Assembly (NCBI RefSeq): GCF_006345805.1
Contig: NW_021834751.1
Coordinates: 1 to 25,969 of the forward strand
Reading direction: 5' to 3'
Origin: Octopus sinensis
Taxonomy: Eukaryota
DNA: 25,969 bases
The notes under the pieces were generated by a model, which saw only the letters and a list, made by a program, of their open reading frames with translations, had not been told where the DNA came from and ran no database searches. Of this stretch, positions 1-9,458 are shown piece by piece. How positions within the stretch are numbered: the first letter of the stretch is position 1; each line of letters begins with the position of its first letter. The position numbers and the translations under genes were made by a program.

Positions 1-265
1 GAGGAAAGAAGAAAGGAAGAAAGGAAATACTCGGGCTGATCGATTTGTGGTGATGCCCCTACAAGTGCAAGATAAGAAGTGCCATACGATAGAAATATTC
101 CGTTTATCTTCCACTTGAGTCAGTCATTAGACGCCTTCGATATCGGGGCACCGCCTCGGAAAGGAGTTATCGAAATAAAGAAAAAAAGAAAAGAAACGAA
201 TAGGAGACAGAAAGACGCCTAATCGTTGGGGCCTAAGAAATATCCTGTTCAGTGTAACAACCATG

Positions 266-305
266 TACTGCAATAGCTTGGGATTCAAGGGCCCTACAGC
301 TGTTT
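266..305 (+). mobile_element. CR1-like LINE micro-fragment
   Basis: TACTGCAATAGCTTGGGATTCAAGGGCCCTACAGCTGTTT reads YCNSLGFKGP(fs)QLF, matching FCNSLGFKGPQLF of the LINE at 20082-21217. Confidence 0.5.
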
Positions 306-322
306 CATGCATTGACAAAACA

Positions 323-695
323 AGGCGGCGAACTGGCAGAAACGTTAGCACGCCGGGCGAAATGCTTAGCGGTATTTCGTCTGCCGTTACGTTCTGAGTT
401 CAAATTCCGCCGAGGTCGACTTTGCCTTTCATCCTTTCGGGGTCGATAAATTTAGTACCAGTTACGCACTGGGGTCGATGTAATCGACTTAATCCGTTTG
501 TCTGTCCTTGTTTGTCCTCTCTGTATTTAGCCCCTTGTGGGTAGTAAAGAAATAGGTATTTCGTCTGTCGTTACGTTCTGAGTTCAAATTCCGCCGAGGT
601 CGACTTTGCCTTTCATCCTTTCGGGGTCGATTAGATAAGTACCAGTTACGCACTGGAGTCGATATAATCGACTTAATCCGTTTGTGGGTAGTAAA
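323..695 (+). mobile_element. SINE family A (A1 tail): full unit plus second unit restarting internally at 556
   Basis: A-box-like TGGCAGAAACGTTAGC and B-box GAGTTCAAATTCC. Body GTCGACTTTGCCTTTCATCCTTTCGGGGTCGAT recurs at 2126, 16189, 16825, 17281, 23257 and 25533. The second unit starts at GTATTTCGTCTG and has an internal deletion. Confidence 0.85.
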
Positions 696-1377
696 TATCC
701 ATTTTTAATAAAACAAGTAACGGCTTGAGCAGAAGTATTAAAGTACCGACAAGCAAAACAAAACAAGGATTTCTTTGAAAGAGAATACGCTAACCATAAA
801 CGACCCCTATACCAGCTTGATGTGAAGTCACGTCTCTGATTTCCATAAATTTTTGGATCAAACTTTGCTAGAACTGGCTGCACTGGTTGGCAGTCAACCT
901 GTCCGAGAGCATCCAATGATGGTGTCAAAGAGTTTGAAAGACCTCTCTTGAGCTGCGAAACTTCGTTTGCAATTCTCTTCTGCTTAGCATTATTAGATGA
1001 ATCCAGACCGGGTGTTGTGAGTGTTTATTGAGCGAAAACACCTAAAGTTCCACGAGGCTCCGGCAGGGGATAGTGGTGATCCCTGCTGTACTCTTTCACC
1101 ACAACTTTCTCTCAGTCTTACTTCCTGTTTCTGTTGTACCTGTATTTCAAAGGGCGGGCCTTGTCACTCTCTGTGTCACGCTGAATATCCCCGAGAACTA
1201 CGTTAAGGGTAAACGTGTCTGTGGAGTGCTCAGCCACTTACACGTTAATTTCACGAGCAGGCTGTTCCGTTGATTCGGATCAACCGGAACCCTCGTCGTC
1301 GTAACCGACGGAGTGCTTGAATCAGATTGGAAATTTAGCAATGATTGCTTCAGTTTTCTTTTTCGGTAGTGATTCAT
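696..1377 (-). pseudogene. hAT-transposase/ZMYM1-like N-terminus with TTF-type zinc finger, interrupted by SINEs
   Basis: RDFTSSWYRGRLWLAYSLSKKSLFCFACRYF fits the TTF zinc-finger pattern (R.F...W....WL.YS.....FCF.C..F). Removing the SINE at 1004-1317 and one TGAATC copy gives an open frame from ATG 1377 (MNHYRKRKLKQSLLNF...) to 696. Confidence 0.7.
1004..1317 (+). mobile_element. SINE family C (C1 tail), 5'-truncated
   Basis: Near-identical to copies at 3560, 7961, 10014, 10632 and 15421. Ends GTAACCGACGGAGTGCT and is flanked by TGAATC at 998-1003 and 1318-1323. Confidence 0.9.
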
Positions 1378-1691
1378 TATTTTGGGGCACCGATATATTC
1401 TGAATAATTAATTCTGAGGTAGAATATCGTAGTAAGAGTAACAATTTCTTAAAATTTATGTATTTTGAAATTAAACTCGAAAGAGATTTCGGTTCGAGCA
1501 ATATTTTTTCTCAATTTCTTCAAAGTTATACTTTTTTTATTTAAACACAAAATAATTTCAGTGTAAACTTTGTTCAAAGAATAAGAAAAATTATTCAGCG
1601 AAAGTTCGCACCTGAAAAATACCTTCTGAATGTATATTTTGGGAAATTTCAAAAATGTTCTTTCTTTTTTCTGACTAGCAGAAATAAAATG

Positions 1692-2095
1692 ACCAGTTGA
1701 GCATGTCCCTTAGTGGCTGACAATATGTGCATTTCTGATCGCGAGCAGAGGTCGTGGGGGAGCATCGTAGCCATGTGTTGAAAGGAATTCTTTGGGGTTC
1801 GGATAATTCACCTTTGGAAACATGGGTGTTTCGTTCAACAGCCTTAAACAACCCTTATTCAGGGACCTTTTGAGTGGGATGGGTTACTCGACCTGAAGAA
1901 AATTCTAACTGGGCCCTACCTGCAAGGTCATGCGATGTTTATCTTGATATGAGATCACCATGTCGCGCACATATGGTTGTGATGCATGTGCCTGGTGTAC
2001 CCTTATCAGACGGGTATTCATGATGGGTATACTGGGCTTCGTATATTTGTACCCCAGTGTCACTTTGATGGCATGCACTGCTCTCTCACTCACTC
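1692..2095 (+). mobile_element. Probable retroposon 3' end with (AAT)n tail
   Basis: GC-richer block ending ...ATGGCATGCACTGCTCTCTCACTC followed by (AAT)n. There is only one copy here; I recognise it from memory of cephalopod repeats only. Confidence 0.3.
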
Positions 2096-2125
2096 AATAA
2101 TAATAATAATAATAATAATAATAAT

Positions 2126-2335
2126 CCTTTGTACTTTAGTCACAAGGCTTGAAATTTTGGGGAGGAGGAAAATCGATCACATCGACCCCAGTACTTGACT
2201 GGTACTTAATTTATTGACTTCCGAAAGGATGAAAGGCAAAGTCGACCTCGGTGGAATTTGAACTCAGAGCATAGAGAGGAGTGAAATGCTGTTATGCATT
2301 TCGCCCAGCGTGCTAACGAGTCTGCCAAAACGCCG
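2126..2335 (-). mobile_element. SINE family A (A2 tail) between two (AAT)n tracts
   Basis: Reverse complement has the A head/body and the A2 tail CCTCCCCAAAATTTCAAGCCTTGTG...AAAGGATTATT. (AAT)n lies at 2096-2125 and 2340-2415. Confidence 0.8.
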
Positions 2336-2337
2336 CG

Positions 2338-2339
<2 letters not shown>

Positions 2340-2415
<76 letters not shown>
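2340..2415. repeat. (AAT)n microsatellite
   Basis: About 25 perfect AAT units; source of the poly-Tyr ORF. Confidence 0.95.
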
Positions 2416-2480
2416 GGCACAAAGCCTTGTAAGTGAGTTTGGTCGATGGAAACTGAAAGAAGCCCGTCGTTTATATATAT

Positions 2481-2900
2481 AGGCACAGGAGTGGCTGTGG
2501 GGTAAGTAGCTTGCTAACGAGCCACATGGTTCCGGGTTCAGTCCCACTGCGTGACATCTTGGGCAAGTGTCTTCTGCTATAGCCTCGGGCCGACCAAAGC
2601 CTTGTGAGTAGATTTGGTAGACGGAAACTGAAAGAAGCCTGTCGTATATATGTATATATATGTGTATGTATGTGTGTGTGTTTGTGTGTCTGTGTTTGTC
2701 CCCCCAACCATCGCTTGACAACCGATGCTGGTGTGTTTACGTCCCCGTCACTTAGCGGTTCGGCAAAAAGAGACCGATATAATAAGTACTGGGCTTACAA
2801 AGAATAAGTCCCGAGGTCGATTTGCTCGACCAAAGGTGGTGCTCCAGCATGGCCGCAGTCAAATGACTGAAACAAGTAAAAGAGTAAAAGAGTAAAAGAG
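2481..2900 (+). mobile_element. SINE family B, full length (left module, internal microsatellite, right module, CR1-like tail)
   Basis: A-box-like TGGCTGTGGGG, B-box-like GGTTCAGTCCC, CTTGGGCAAGTGTCTT motif, and tail GGTGCTCCAGCATGGCCGCAGTCAAATGACTGAAACAAG(TAAAAGAG)n. An orphan left-module end lies at 2418-2470. Confidence 0.9.
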
Positions 2901-2905
2901 TAATA

Positions 2906-2954
<49 letters not shown>

Positions 2955-3382
2955 TAATAATACACACATACGCACAACACACACACGTACACACACGTAC
3001 ACACATAGACAAGCACACATTTAATTTATACATTTTTTCAAGAGGTCAGTAAGTTAAAAAAACGAAAAGGCATTGTCCTCCAAAAGCATAAAATAGATAA
3101 TAAAACGTTAAAGAAAAACAAAAATAACGAAATTTTATGAAACCACAAAAATTCGTATCTTTTCCGAATTTCATTAATAAAATTCCTAACGAACGGCGAC
3201 AGAGATCTAAACTTTGATGATCTCACAAGATAAGGTGTACAATGGACAGTGTATAGTTCTATAAAGAGGTAACGAAGTGGAGAATAAACCGGACGGAATA
3301 TCGTCACTATGTGGCGTCTTAGGAGGATTTCTGCTTGGTAGAGGGACGTGCTAGAAATAGCAGCCTAATGTTCGTTAAATTA

Positions 3383-3945
3383 TGGAAGCACTCCGTCGGT
3401 TACGACGATGAGGGTTCCGGTTGATCCGAATCAACGGAACAGCCTGCTCGTGAAATTAACGTGTAAGTGGCTGAGCACTCCACAGACACGTGCACCCTTA
3501 ACGTAGTTCTCGGGGATATTCAGCGTGACACAGAGAGTGACAAGGCTGGCCCTTTGAAATGGAAGCACTCCGTCGGTTACGACGATGAGGGTTCCGGTTG
3601 ATCCGAATCAACGGAACAGCCTGCTCGTGAAATTAACGTGTAAGTGGCTGAGCACTCCACAGACACGTGTACCCTTAACGTAGTTCTCGGGGATATTCAG
3701 CGTGACACAGAGAGTGACAAGGCCGGCCCTTTGAAATACAGGTACAACAGAAACAGGAAGTAAGAGTGAGAGAAAGATGTGGTGAAAGAGTACAGCAGGG
3801 ATCACCACCATCCCCTGCCGGAGCCTCGTGGAGCTTCTAGGTGTTTTCGCTCAATAAACACTCACAACGCCCGGTCTGGGAATCGAAACCGCGATCCTAT
3901 GACCGCGAGTCCGCTGCCCTAACCACTGGGCCATTGCGCCTCCAC
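3383..3945 (-). mobile_element. SINE family C (C1): full copy 3560-3945 plus an extra 3' 177 bp copy, inside one 13-bp TSD
   Basis: tRNA-like head GGAGGCGCAATGGCCCAGTGGTTAGGGC...GGTTTCGATTCCC. TSD GTTCGTTAAATTA at 3370-3382 and 3946-3958. Confidence 0.92.
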
Positions 3946-4045
3946 GTTCGTTAAATTACACCCAAGGTTTTCTTATGTATGTGTATAAACTGGGGATCTT
4001 TTCAGTTTGGCTGCTAAATTTCGAAAATTCAAATTTATTGAAAAA

Positions 4046-4640
4046 ACTAGCAGTATCGCCCGGCGTTGCTCGGGTTTGTTTCGACCCTTTACAATCGGAA
4101 TTTTTGAAAAGTAAAAATGTTGCATTATGTAGCTTGTTATTCTCTTTAACTGAACATTTTTCTTGTTGAAATACACCGAGAAATGGCGACACAGCAGTCA
4201 AAAAATCGTAAAAAATAGGGATTTTAATAGAAAAAAAAGCACCTTTTTGATGTAAATAACTTTTGGTGTTAACATGGTCCGATTTGAATTTTATCTTCTA
4301 CGGAAGGAAGAAGAGCAAACCTTCTATCATACTCTCAGTTTTGGTCAACTTGCGTCGCAGGGTCTTGGAGGAGATAGTGTTAGTTGAAGGCTGCCATACA
4401 CAGACAACTTCAGCTTTATATATTTTTCTCTTTCTCTTTCTCTTTTACTTGTTTCAGTCATTTGACTGCGGCCATGCTGGAGCACCGCCTTTAGTCGGGC
4501 AAATCGACTCCGGGACTTATTCTTTGTAAGCCCAGTACTTATTCTATCGGTCTCTTTTTGCCGAACCGCTAGGTGACGGGGACGTAAACACACCAGCATC
4601 GGTTGTCAAGCAATGCTAGGGGTCAAACACAGACACACAA

Positions 4641-4691
<51 letters not shown>

Positions 4692-4823
4692 TACGGCAGG
4701 CTTCTTTCAGTTTCCGTCTACCAAATCCACTCACAAGGCTTTGGTCGGCCCGAGGCTATAGTAGAAGACACTTGCCCAAGGTGCCACGCAGTGGGACTGA
4801 ACACGGAACCATATATAGAGAGA
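4046..4823 (+). mobile_element. Non-autonomous Helitron-like element (Lep1/DINE-1-like termini), with SINE B inserted in its 3' TA tract
   Basis: 5' ACTAGCAGTATCGCCCGGCGTTGCTCGGG has a hairpin. 3' CATACACAGACAACTTCAGCTTTATATAT (to 4423) resumes as ATATATAGAGAGAT after the SINE. The resemblance to Lep1 termini is from recall. Confidence 0.5.
4424..4812 (-). mobile_element. SINE family B, 5'-truncated
   Basis: Reverse complement matches 2481-2900, including the internal (TA)/(TG) tract and tail. Confidence 0.9.
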
Positions 4824-5164
4824 TTTTTATGATTTGATACGTGAATGTAGTTTTCCGAGCTGAATTGCTAGAGTTTATTTCACTCTTTCCAGAAATCTAT
4901 TTTTTAAAAGTTGTAAAGGTTTAAAGTTTGATCTTTACCTTTTGACCGACAGATTTAAAAAATAACTTTTTGTAAACTAAACACTTTCAAACTTCGGACA
5001 CTGGTAGAATGTGTCATATAAAACATCTTTTACTTTTAGCGTTTTTGTGAAAAGCTTATATTTACGAAGATATTTCACGTTGAAGTTGTCGTATTTCGGT
5101 AATTTCGACCAATCAATGACGTGTATTCAGCTGAATAAAATTACCGCCGTTGTTTGTCAACAAC

Positions 5165-5460
5165 GTATGTATGTATGGATATGTGTATGTATGTATGTAT
5201 GTATGTATGTATGGATGGATGGATGGATGGATGGATGGATGGATGGATGGATGGATGGATGTATTTATGCATCTATGTATGTATGTATATGTAAATATGT
5301 ATTTATATATGTATTTATCAATGTATGTATGTATGGATGTATGCATGTATGCATTTATGCATGTATGTATGTATGCATGTATGTATGTATGTATGCATGT
5401 ATGTATGGATTTATGTATGTATGCATGTATGTACGCATGCATGTATGTTTATATGTATGT
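5165..5460. repeat. (GTAT)n/(GGAT)n compound microsatellite
   Basis: Directly visible; source of the MYVC/WMDG ORFs. Confidence 0.95.
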
Positions 5461-5759
5461 ATGTCATTATTCAGTTTATTCAAAAATTTCTTGCCAATAG
5501 AGAAAGAACCGGTTTCTAACTAGATCCAAGGCTCCTTCATTGGAATTTCAACATCAACAGAGTATTTTTGTATGTATGTATGTATGTATGTATGTATGTA
5601 TGTATGTATGTGTGTATACTGATTTGTATGTTTTGTTACATACAAACAAAAATACTCTGTTGTTGATGTTGAAATTCCAATGAAGGAGCCTTGGATCTAG
5701 GTTAGAAACCAGCTCTTTCTCTATTGGCAAGAAATAAAACTGATTAATGACATACATAC
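5455..5759. repeat. Long inverted repeat (about 115-bp arms, 76-bp spacer)
   Basis: 5487-5570 is the near-exact reverse complement of 5647-5734. Pairing extends to 5455/5759. Confidence 0.9.
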
Positions 5760-5803
5760 ATACATACGCACACACACGCACACACACACACGCATACACA
5801 CAC

Positions 5804-5957
5804 ACGGGTTTCTTTCAGTTTTTGTCTACCAAATTCACTCACAAATCTTCGGTCAACCGGGGGTTATAGAGAAAAAAAAGACATGCCCAAGGTATTACAT
5901 AGTGGGATTGAACCTGAAAACTTGTGGTTTGAAAGCAAGCCTCTAATCACACAGCCA
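5804..5957 (-). mobile_element. SINE B left module, diverged
   Basis: Reverse complement resembles the B head through ACTGAAAGAAACCCG. Confidence 0.7.
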
Positions 5958-6044
5958 TATATGAATGTGCTACATGCACACACACACACACACACACACA
6001 TAATGAACAGAAATTAATATTTTCTTTGAACGATTCAACCGATT

Positions 6045-6217
6045 ACTACCACCACCACCACTATCCCCATTCTCACTACTACTACAACTACTACTACTAC
6101 TACTACCACCACCACCACCATCATCACTACTACTACTACTATCACCACCACCAACACTACTACTAATACTACCACTACCACCAACACTACTACTATTACT
6201 GCCACCACCAGCACCAA

Positions 6218-6283
<66 letters not shown>

Positions 6284-6434
6284 CACCACCACCAACACTG
6301 CTACTACTACTACTACTAATACTACCACTACCACCAACACTACTACTATAACTACCACCATCACCATCACCATCACCAACACTAGTACTACTATTACTAC
6401 CACCACCACCACCACCACCACCACCACCACCACC

Positions 6435-6474
<40 letters not shown>

Positions 6475-6960
6475 TACAACCCTCTCCCCTCACCACACCC
6501 ACCACCAACACTACTACTATTACTACTACTACTACCACCACCACCACCATCATCACTACTACTACTACTATCACCACCACCAACACTACTACTAATACTA
6601 CCACTACCACCAACACTACTACTATTACTGCCACCACCAGCACCAACACTACTACTACTACTACTACCACCACCACCACCACCACCACTACTACTACTAC
6701 TACCACCACCACCAACACTGCTACTACTACTACTACTACTAATACTACCACTACCACCAACACTACTACTATAACTACCACCATCACCATCACCATCACC
6801 AACACTAGTACTACTATTACTACCACCACCACCACCACCACCACCACCGCTACTACTACTACTACTACTACTACAAACCCTCTCCCCTCACCCCCCCACC
6901 ACCAACACTACTACTATTACTACTACTACTACTAATAATAATAATAACAACAACAACAAT
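6045..6960. repeat. (ACC)/(ACT) compound microsatellite with about 400-430 bp internal duplication
   Basis: Landmarks TCATCACTAC at 6121/6550 and CCCTCTCCCCTCAC at about 6480/6878 recur. Confidence 0.9.
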
Positions 6961-7312
6961 AATTATAATAATATAACCACCACCGCAAGCATCAGCCCCC
7001 ACCACCATCCCTACCCCCACCATTACTGCTTCTGCCTTGTGGTATCGTTTTCACCAAATTGAATTCATTCCAGCAGTCACACCACCTTCTGAGTCAAGTC
7101 ACCTGTCTTCCGGAAGGAAGAAGAAGACCGGTCTTTGTTGTTGCTACCGTTGTTGTTGTTGTTGTGACTTCTCTTGTTGTTGGTGTTGTTGTTGTTATCG
7201 CTGTATAATCGCAACTCAATGCTGATGGGACAGAGACTGTTGGAGATCATAGACATTCCAGCTGATGACCATCTCGTGTTATTTTCTTTATCGATCGATT
7301 TAAATACTTATG

Positions 7313-7480
7313 TAGGCGTAAGAGTGGCTGTGTGGTAAGTAGCTTGCTTACCAACCACATGGTTCCTGGTTCAGTCCCACTGTGTGGCATCTTGGGCAAG
7401 TGTCTTCTACTATAGCCTCGGGCCGACCAAAGCCTTGTGAGTGGATTTGGTAGACGGAAACTGAAAGAAGCCCGTCGTAT
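7313..7480 (+). mobile_element. SINE B left module followed by (TA)n
   Basis: Matches 2481-2645; no right module follows. Confidence 0.88.
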
Positions 7481-7488
7481 TATGTATG

Positions 7489-7537
<49 letters not shown>

Positions 7538-7681
7538 CATGCACACATACATAGATACATATATAAATGCATTCATGTATACATATATACACACACACAT
7601 GTACGTCTATATATATCAAACTTTGGGATTGAAATTGAAGGAAATTTAGCTACTATTTTGCTGGGTCTATGTACTCCGTAG

Positions 7682-7925
7682 AAGCACACGAGGAATCTTC
7701 GTGGAGTAGGGAGTAGATGTTTTTCAAAAAGCAACTTGACCCCTTGCTATTCAAGGTCCCACATCAACCTGTATCACGGCAAGAAAGTCGAAAGAGGGTA
7801 GCAGTATCGAACTCCCTCCTTCACCGAAAGTCAATCGCATAAGAAGGGTCATTGAAAAGGTGATTACACCCGCGGTGCCCCAGCATGGCCACAACCTTTG
7901 ATCTGAAGCATATGAAAGAATTAAA
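7682..7925 (+). mobile_element. CR1-like LINE 3' end (related subfamily)
   Basis: With frameshifts it reads ...VDVFKKQLDPLLFKVPHQPVSRQESRKRVAVSNSLLHRKSIA*, which aligns to VDVAVFKSKLDIFLSRVPDEPTSRQEVQMRVAISNSILH of the 20-kb LINE. The tail GCGGTGCCCCAGCATGGCCAC follows. Confidence 0.7.
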
Positions 7926-7960
7926 AAACTGAAAGAGTACAAATGCTTGCAGAAAACAGT

Positions 7961-8345
7961 GGATGGAAGCACTCCGTCGGTTACGACGACGAGGGTTCCG
8001 GTTGATCCGAATCAACGGAACAGCCTGCTCGTGAAATTAACGTGTAAGTGGCTGAGCACTCCACAGACACGTGTACCCTTAACGTAGTTCTCGGGGATAT
8101 TCAGCGTGACACAGAGAGTGACAAGGCCGGCCCTTTGGAATACAGGTACAACAGAAACAGGAAATAAGAGTGAGAGAAAGATGTGGTGAAAGAGTACAGC
8201 AGGGATCGCCACCATCCCCTGCCGGAGCCTCGTGGAGCTTTAGATGTTTTCGCTCAATAAACACTCACAACGCCCGGTCTGGGAATCGAAACCGCGATCC
8301 TGCGACCGCGAGTCCGCTGCCCTAACCACTGGGCCATTGCGCCTC
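7961..8345 (-). mobile_element. SINE family C (C1), full length, 32-bp TSD
   Basis: CTGAAAGAGTACAAATGCTTGCAGAAAACAGT at 7929-7960 and 8345-8376; (CCAT)-type tail. Confidence 0.92.
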
Positions 8346-8779
8346 TGAAAGAGTACAAATGCTTGCAGAAAACAGTAGGGTATTAGTTAAGGAAGATTGA
8401 GCTGCTATTTCTAGCATATATTACAATCTCAACGAGATTGCCCTCTCCTCCTTCTCGTTGACACGTGGTACAGTTAGTGTCTTTGTTGACAGACGAAGCA
8501 AGCCCACCACTGCGGTACCATCGCACTCCATCGCCGCCTACACCTTCCTGAAACCAGCTGCTGAAGAAGCTAGGTTAAATATGTAAATTTCGGGCTTTAC
8601 TCGGTGACCCTGTGTCAGTCAACAGCAGACCACAAGACACCACACGCCACCACACGCCACCGCACGACGCCTACACTGACGCTGGGAAGAGTAATCGGTT
8701 TTACTGAGCGAACAGCGTTGACGACACACGACGTCCGAATGCCCCGAAGCTCAACAAATAAAAGAAATAAATGCTATTT

Positions 8780-8841
8780 TGTAACGGTTAGCATGGTTGC
8801 CTTCCAAGCAGTCGATCCGGGTTCGACTCCCGGCCGACGCA
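8780..8841 (+). tRNA. trnG-TCC: tRNA-Gly(TCC), lacking the first ~10 nt (likely pseudogene)
   Basis: GGTTAGCATGGTTGCCTTCCAAGCAGTCGATCCGGGTTCGACTCCCGGCCGACGCA has an anticodon arm with TCC at 8803-8805, a T-arm CCGGG/TTCGACT/CCCGG and a 3' acceptor strand. The 5' acceptor strand (GCGTCGG) is absent. A T7 run follows at 8851. Confidence 0.85.
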
Positions 8842-8861
8842 TCACTTTCATTTTTTTAAAT

Positions 8862-8919
8862 GGCGGTGCCCCAGCATGGCCACAGCTCATGAGCTGAAAC
8901 TGGAAAAATCAAAATCAAA

Positions 8920-8922
<3 letters not shown>
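8862..8922 (+). mobile_element. Isolated CR1-like LINE/SINE 3' tail
   Basis: GGCGGTGCCCCAGCATGGCCACAGCTCATGAGCTGAAACT followed by (AAAATC)n; matches the LINE 3' UTR at 20096-20134. Confidence 0.75.

Positions 8923-9458
<536 letters not shown>

Noticed and set aside
127-322. Continuation of the TTF zinc finger beyond the A-SINE array ('MHET')
   Set aside because: The expected NWK...HE..H spacing is not recoverable, and the segment overlaps a LINE micro-fragment.
3608-3811. Recurring 'MVVIPAVLFHH...' and 'MFIERKHL...' ORFs at six loci
   Set aside because: They lie within SINE C copies. The similarity reflects DNA repeat identity, and indels change frames freely.
3870-3945. tRNA-like heads of SINEs A-D as tRNA genes
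   Set aside because: A/B boxes are present, but there is no complete cloverleaf and each head continues into a SINE body.
5970-6847. Long poly-Val and Gly/Ser-rich ORFs
   Set aside because: They are translations of ACC/ACT triplet repeats, with no credible start or splice context.
8760-8800. LTR end plus primer-binding site at AATAAA...TGTAAC|tRNA
   Set aside because: A PBS is antisense to the tRNA 3' end, whereas here the tRNA is in sense orientation. No second LTR was seen.
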